Shown here one piece after another: positions 61,495-64,000 of a stretch of DNA of 64,000 nt. Location: NCBI GenBank assembly GCA_044892525.1, contig CM097886.1, positions 183,384,312-183,448,311 on the forward strand, in the 5' to 3' direction. This DNA is from Schmidtea polychroa (Eukaryota). Both the position numbers and the translations under genes were made by a program. Under the pieces are notes generated by a model that searched no databases, was not told the DNA's origin, and saw only the letters and a program-made list of their open reading frames with translations. How positions within the stretch are numbered: the first letter of the stretch is position 1; each line of letters begins with the position of its first letter.

Positions 61495-63327
61495 CAATGC
61501 TTTATCTAGATCTAATATTTATAATATTAATTATTAAATTGCCCAAAAATCATTGTGAAAAGTAAAGGCAATTGTTAGATTATTGTGAAGATAACTACAT
61601 CGGAAGACGTCGAAAAAGAGCTAATCCTGTCTTTGTTTCTCATGTTTGGAGTGCATACAGTCGTTGAAGGTTATAGCGTTGAATGATGGCATCAATAAAT
61701 GCAAGCTGTGATAATACTTCAAAAAAAACAATCATTTCTGAATGTGCTAATAAAGTTTANNNNNNNNNNNNNNNNNNNNNNNNNNNNNNNNNNNNNNNNN
61801 NNNNNNNNNNNNNNNNNNNNNNNNNNNNNNNNNNNNNNNNNNNNNNNNNNNNNNNNNNNNNNNNNNNNNNNNNNNNNNNNNNNNNNNNNNNNNNNNNNNN
61901 NNNNCAGATAATGTCAGGGGGTAAATAATGAGGGGGTAATATCAGGAGGGTAAATGATCAGGGGGTAATATCAGGAGGGTAAATAACGAGGGGTAATGCC
62001 AGGAGGGTAAATGATGAGGGGTAATTTCAAGGGGTAAATGATGAGAGGGCAATATCCTAGACACGGTTTAGTCAAGACAAGCATAAATTACAAAGATAAA
62101 TGGAGAGTATCAAAAGAAATGAGAAAGCAAAAAATTCGGAAATAACTTATTCACAGCGAAAGGTTGTCCAATGATAATAAAATATAATTTAATTATTTAT
62201 TATTATTATGATTAAATAATTTCTTGGTATCAGCATGAATTTAATATTAAACAAATCAATATTTTGCTGTAAAATCTTTCTTGAGAAAAATTCCGATTCT
62301 AAAATAATAAACGCATGAAAAAGCAATAATAATAATAATAAATCAATTATTATTATCAACCAACCGATCAGCCGCTCAATGTCATCCAAAATAATCACGC
62401 TGGCGGGTGCCTTGAGGGCGTCATCGAATATCTGAATGAAGCAAAATAATCATCCAAAAAATTTATCAATTCGCTTAGACACCTTTTTGATAGCGAGACA
62501 ACGAGCAGGCTCACTGAACCCGATCATGTTCCTCATTGAGCACATCCGAATGAATGTGAACCCGGTTTGCTTGGCCAAGTGGACGGCAATCGATGACGTT
62601 CCTGCAAGCGGCTCTCCATATATTAGCAACCGCTTTCGGCTGATATTCTCATTGGTCTTTAGGCTTTCGATCAATAATCCAGCTGTTGCGAGTGCTTTGG
62701 AGATTTCCGGGCTCCATTTTAGCAGCCGATTCTCCTTGAATTCCTGCAAATCGTCGTCGTGTCGTCCATAAAGCTGTAACAGCGAGAGATAAAATATCGA
62801 CAATATTAATAAATCCCGATTACCGCTTTCACGTCGTGCTCAATAGCAAAAATGAAATGCTGCCGATTTATTTTGAATGATTGCAAATCTTCTATCCGAA
62901 TCGCGATTCCCTTTTTCGGCTAAACCAATGGGTAAATTGTGCTACAATTCAATGATGAGCAGCAGCGGCTTACGTCGAATTTCTCGTCTTGCGCGTTCGC
63001 CAATGCCGCCATGACAACTGCCTCGATTTCGGCCCCACTGTAATTTTTTGTGAGTGCTGCCAATTCTTTCAAATCAACATCTTCGGCCAATATCTTTTTG
63101 TCGCGCAATTTCTTCGTATGGATCTCGAATATTTGATGCCGGCCGTGCTGGCTGGGTAACGGAACCTCAATCTGGACCCCCATGCGACCCGGTCGCAACA
63201 ATGCCTCATCAATCATATCTCGTCTGTTTGTCATGCCGATAATCAATATGTTATTCAGTTGCTCAACTCCATCGATTTTAGCGAGCAGCTGGTTGACAAC
63301 GGTGTCTTGCACAGCTGATCCGCCTGT
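60663..63327 (-). CDS. NSF: Divergent NSF/Sec18-like vesicle-fusing AAA+ ATPase, last 8 exons
   Basis: Exons 63327-62974, 62919-62824, 62773-62483, 62431-62365, 61226-61147, 61097-60898, 60848-60788, 60731-60663 join in frame; [79 protein letters not shown]. Confidence 0.92.
61407..61491. repeat. (TA)n microsatellite in an NSF intron
   Basis: Directly visible. Confidence 0.95.
61760..61904. other. Assembly gap (N run)
   Basis: 145 N. Confidence 1.
61905..62068. repeat. G-rich short tandem array (AGGGGTAAATGATG / AGGGGTAATATCAGG-like units)
   Basis: About 9 alternating 14-15 nt units next to the gap; resembles a transposon subterminal array. Confidence 0.7.
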
Positions 63328-63791
63328 CTGGATCCAACAAGTTCACATTTTAATAATCACTTCATATTATCAATAAAAAAATAAAATATTTTCAAATATC
63401 AATAATAATAACCAATGACAATTATAATCAAATATTGATTTTTTTGATTTTGACAATTTTAATAAAATTAAATTATTAAATTATTATTCAAATATGGATT
63501 TGTTTATTTTGCAAATAGAATGATTACGTTAATTAAAAATAAATTAATCATAATTTAAATATTATTAAATTAATTAATTTTTTATTCATCTTTAAATAGT
63601 CAAATATTGATTTATTTGATTTTGACAAAATTTAATAATTAAAAATAATTAATATTTATTAAATAAATAATTTAAATATTCAAATACGGATTTGTTTATT
63701 TTGCAATGATTACATTAATTAAAAATAAATTAATGATAATTTAAATATTGATTTGTTTATTTTAACAATACATAGAATTAAAAATTAATTA

Positions 63792-64000
63792 CCGTAATTA
63801 TCCGAATATAAGACGCATCATTAAAAATTGACTGAATTCAAGAAAATATAAGTAACCCAAATATAATTATTACATTAAATTTATTTTTTGTTTAAAATTA
63901 AAATTTCAGTTACTTAAATTTAAATTTTTATTTCCCTATAATGTCTTCTAAACGCTGCAGTTATACGACAGGTTTCAAATTGAAGGTAATTGAAGCAGCC
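63792..64000 (+). mobile_element. Left end of a pogo-like DNA transposon
   Basis: TA followed by CCGTAATTATCCGAATATAAGACGCA (pogo-type TIR); ORF from 63941 MSSKRCSYTTGFKLKVIEAA resembles the Brinker-type DNA-binding start. Confidence 0.75.

Overview
AT-rich eukaryotic (invertebrate-like) genomic window with very short GT-AG introns (41-56 nt) and two assembly gaps; the organism cannot be named from the sequence. Host genes, all on the minus strand: the 3' part of a divergent NSF/Sec18-like AAA+ ATPase (60663-63327), an apparently intact ankyrin + C-terminal RING gene (15607-17153), and two segmentally duplicated copies of a multi-exon ankyrin-repeat gene. An actin pseudogene fragment lies on the plus strand. 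The rest is layered transposon debris (mariner, piggyBac, hAT, pogo, Gypsy remnants, a solo LTR, a foldback-like TIR composite). The outstanding feature is a 13.8-kb Ty3/Gypsy element (44998-58779) with near-identical 998-bp LTRs, GGAG TSD and a tRNA-Trp PBS. Its order is gag (4 CCHC) - unknown AT-hook protein - chuvirus-like glycoprotein (internally deleted) - PR-RT-RH-IN - second type I membrane protein, plus a probably spliced 3' ORF with a degenerate DEDDh exonuclease-like domain. All family assignments come from motif recognition by eye; no database searches were run.
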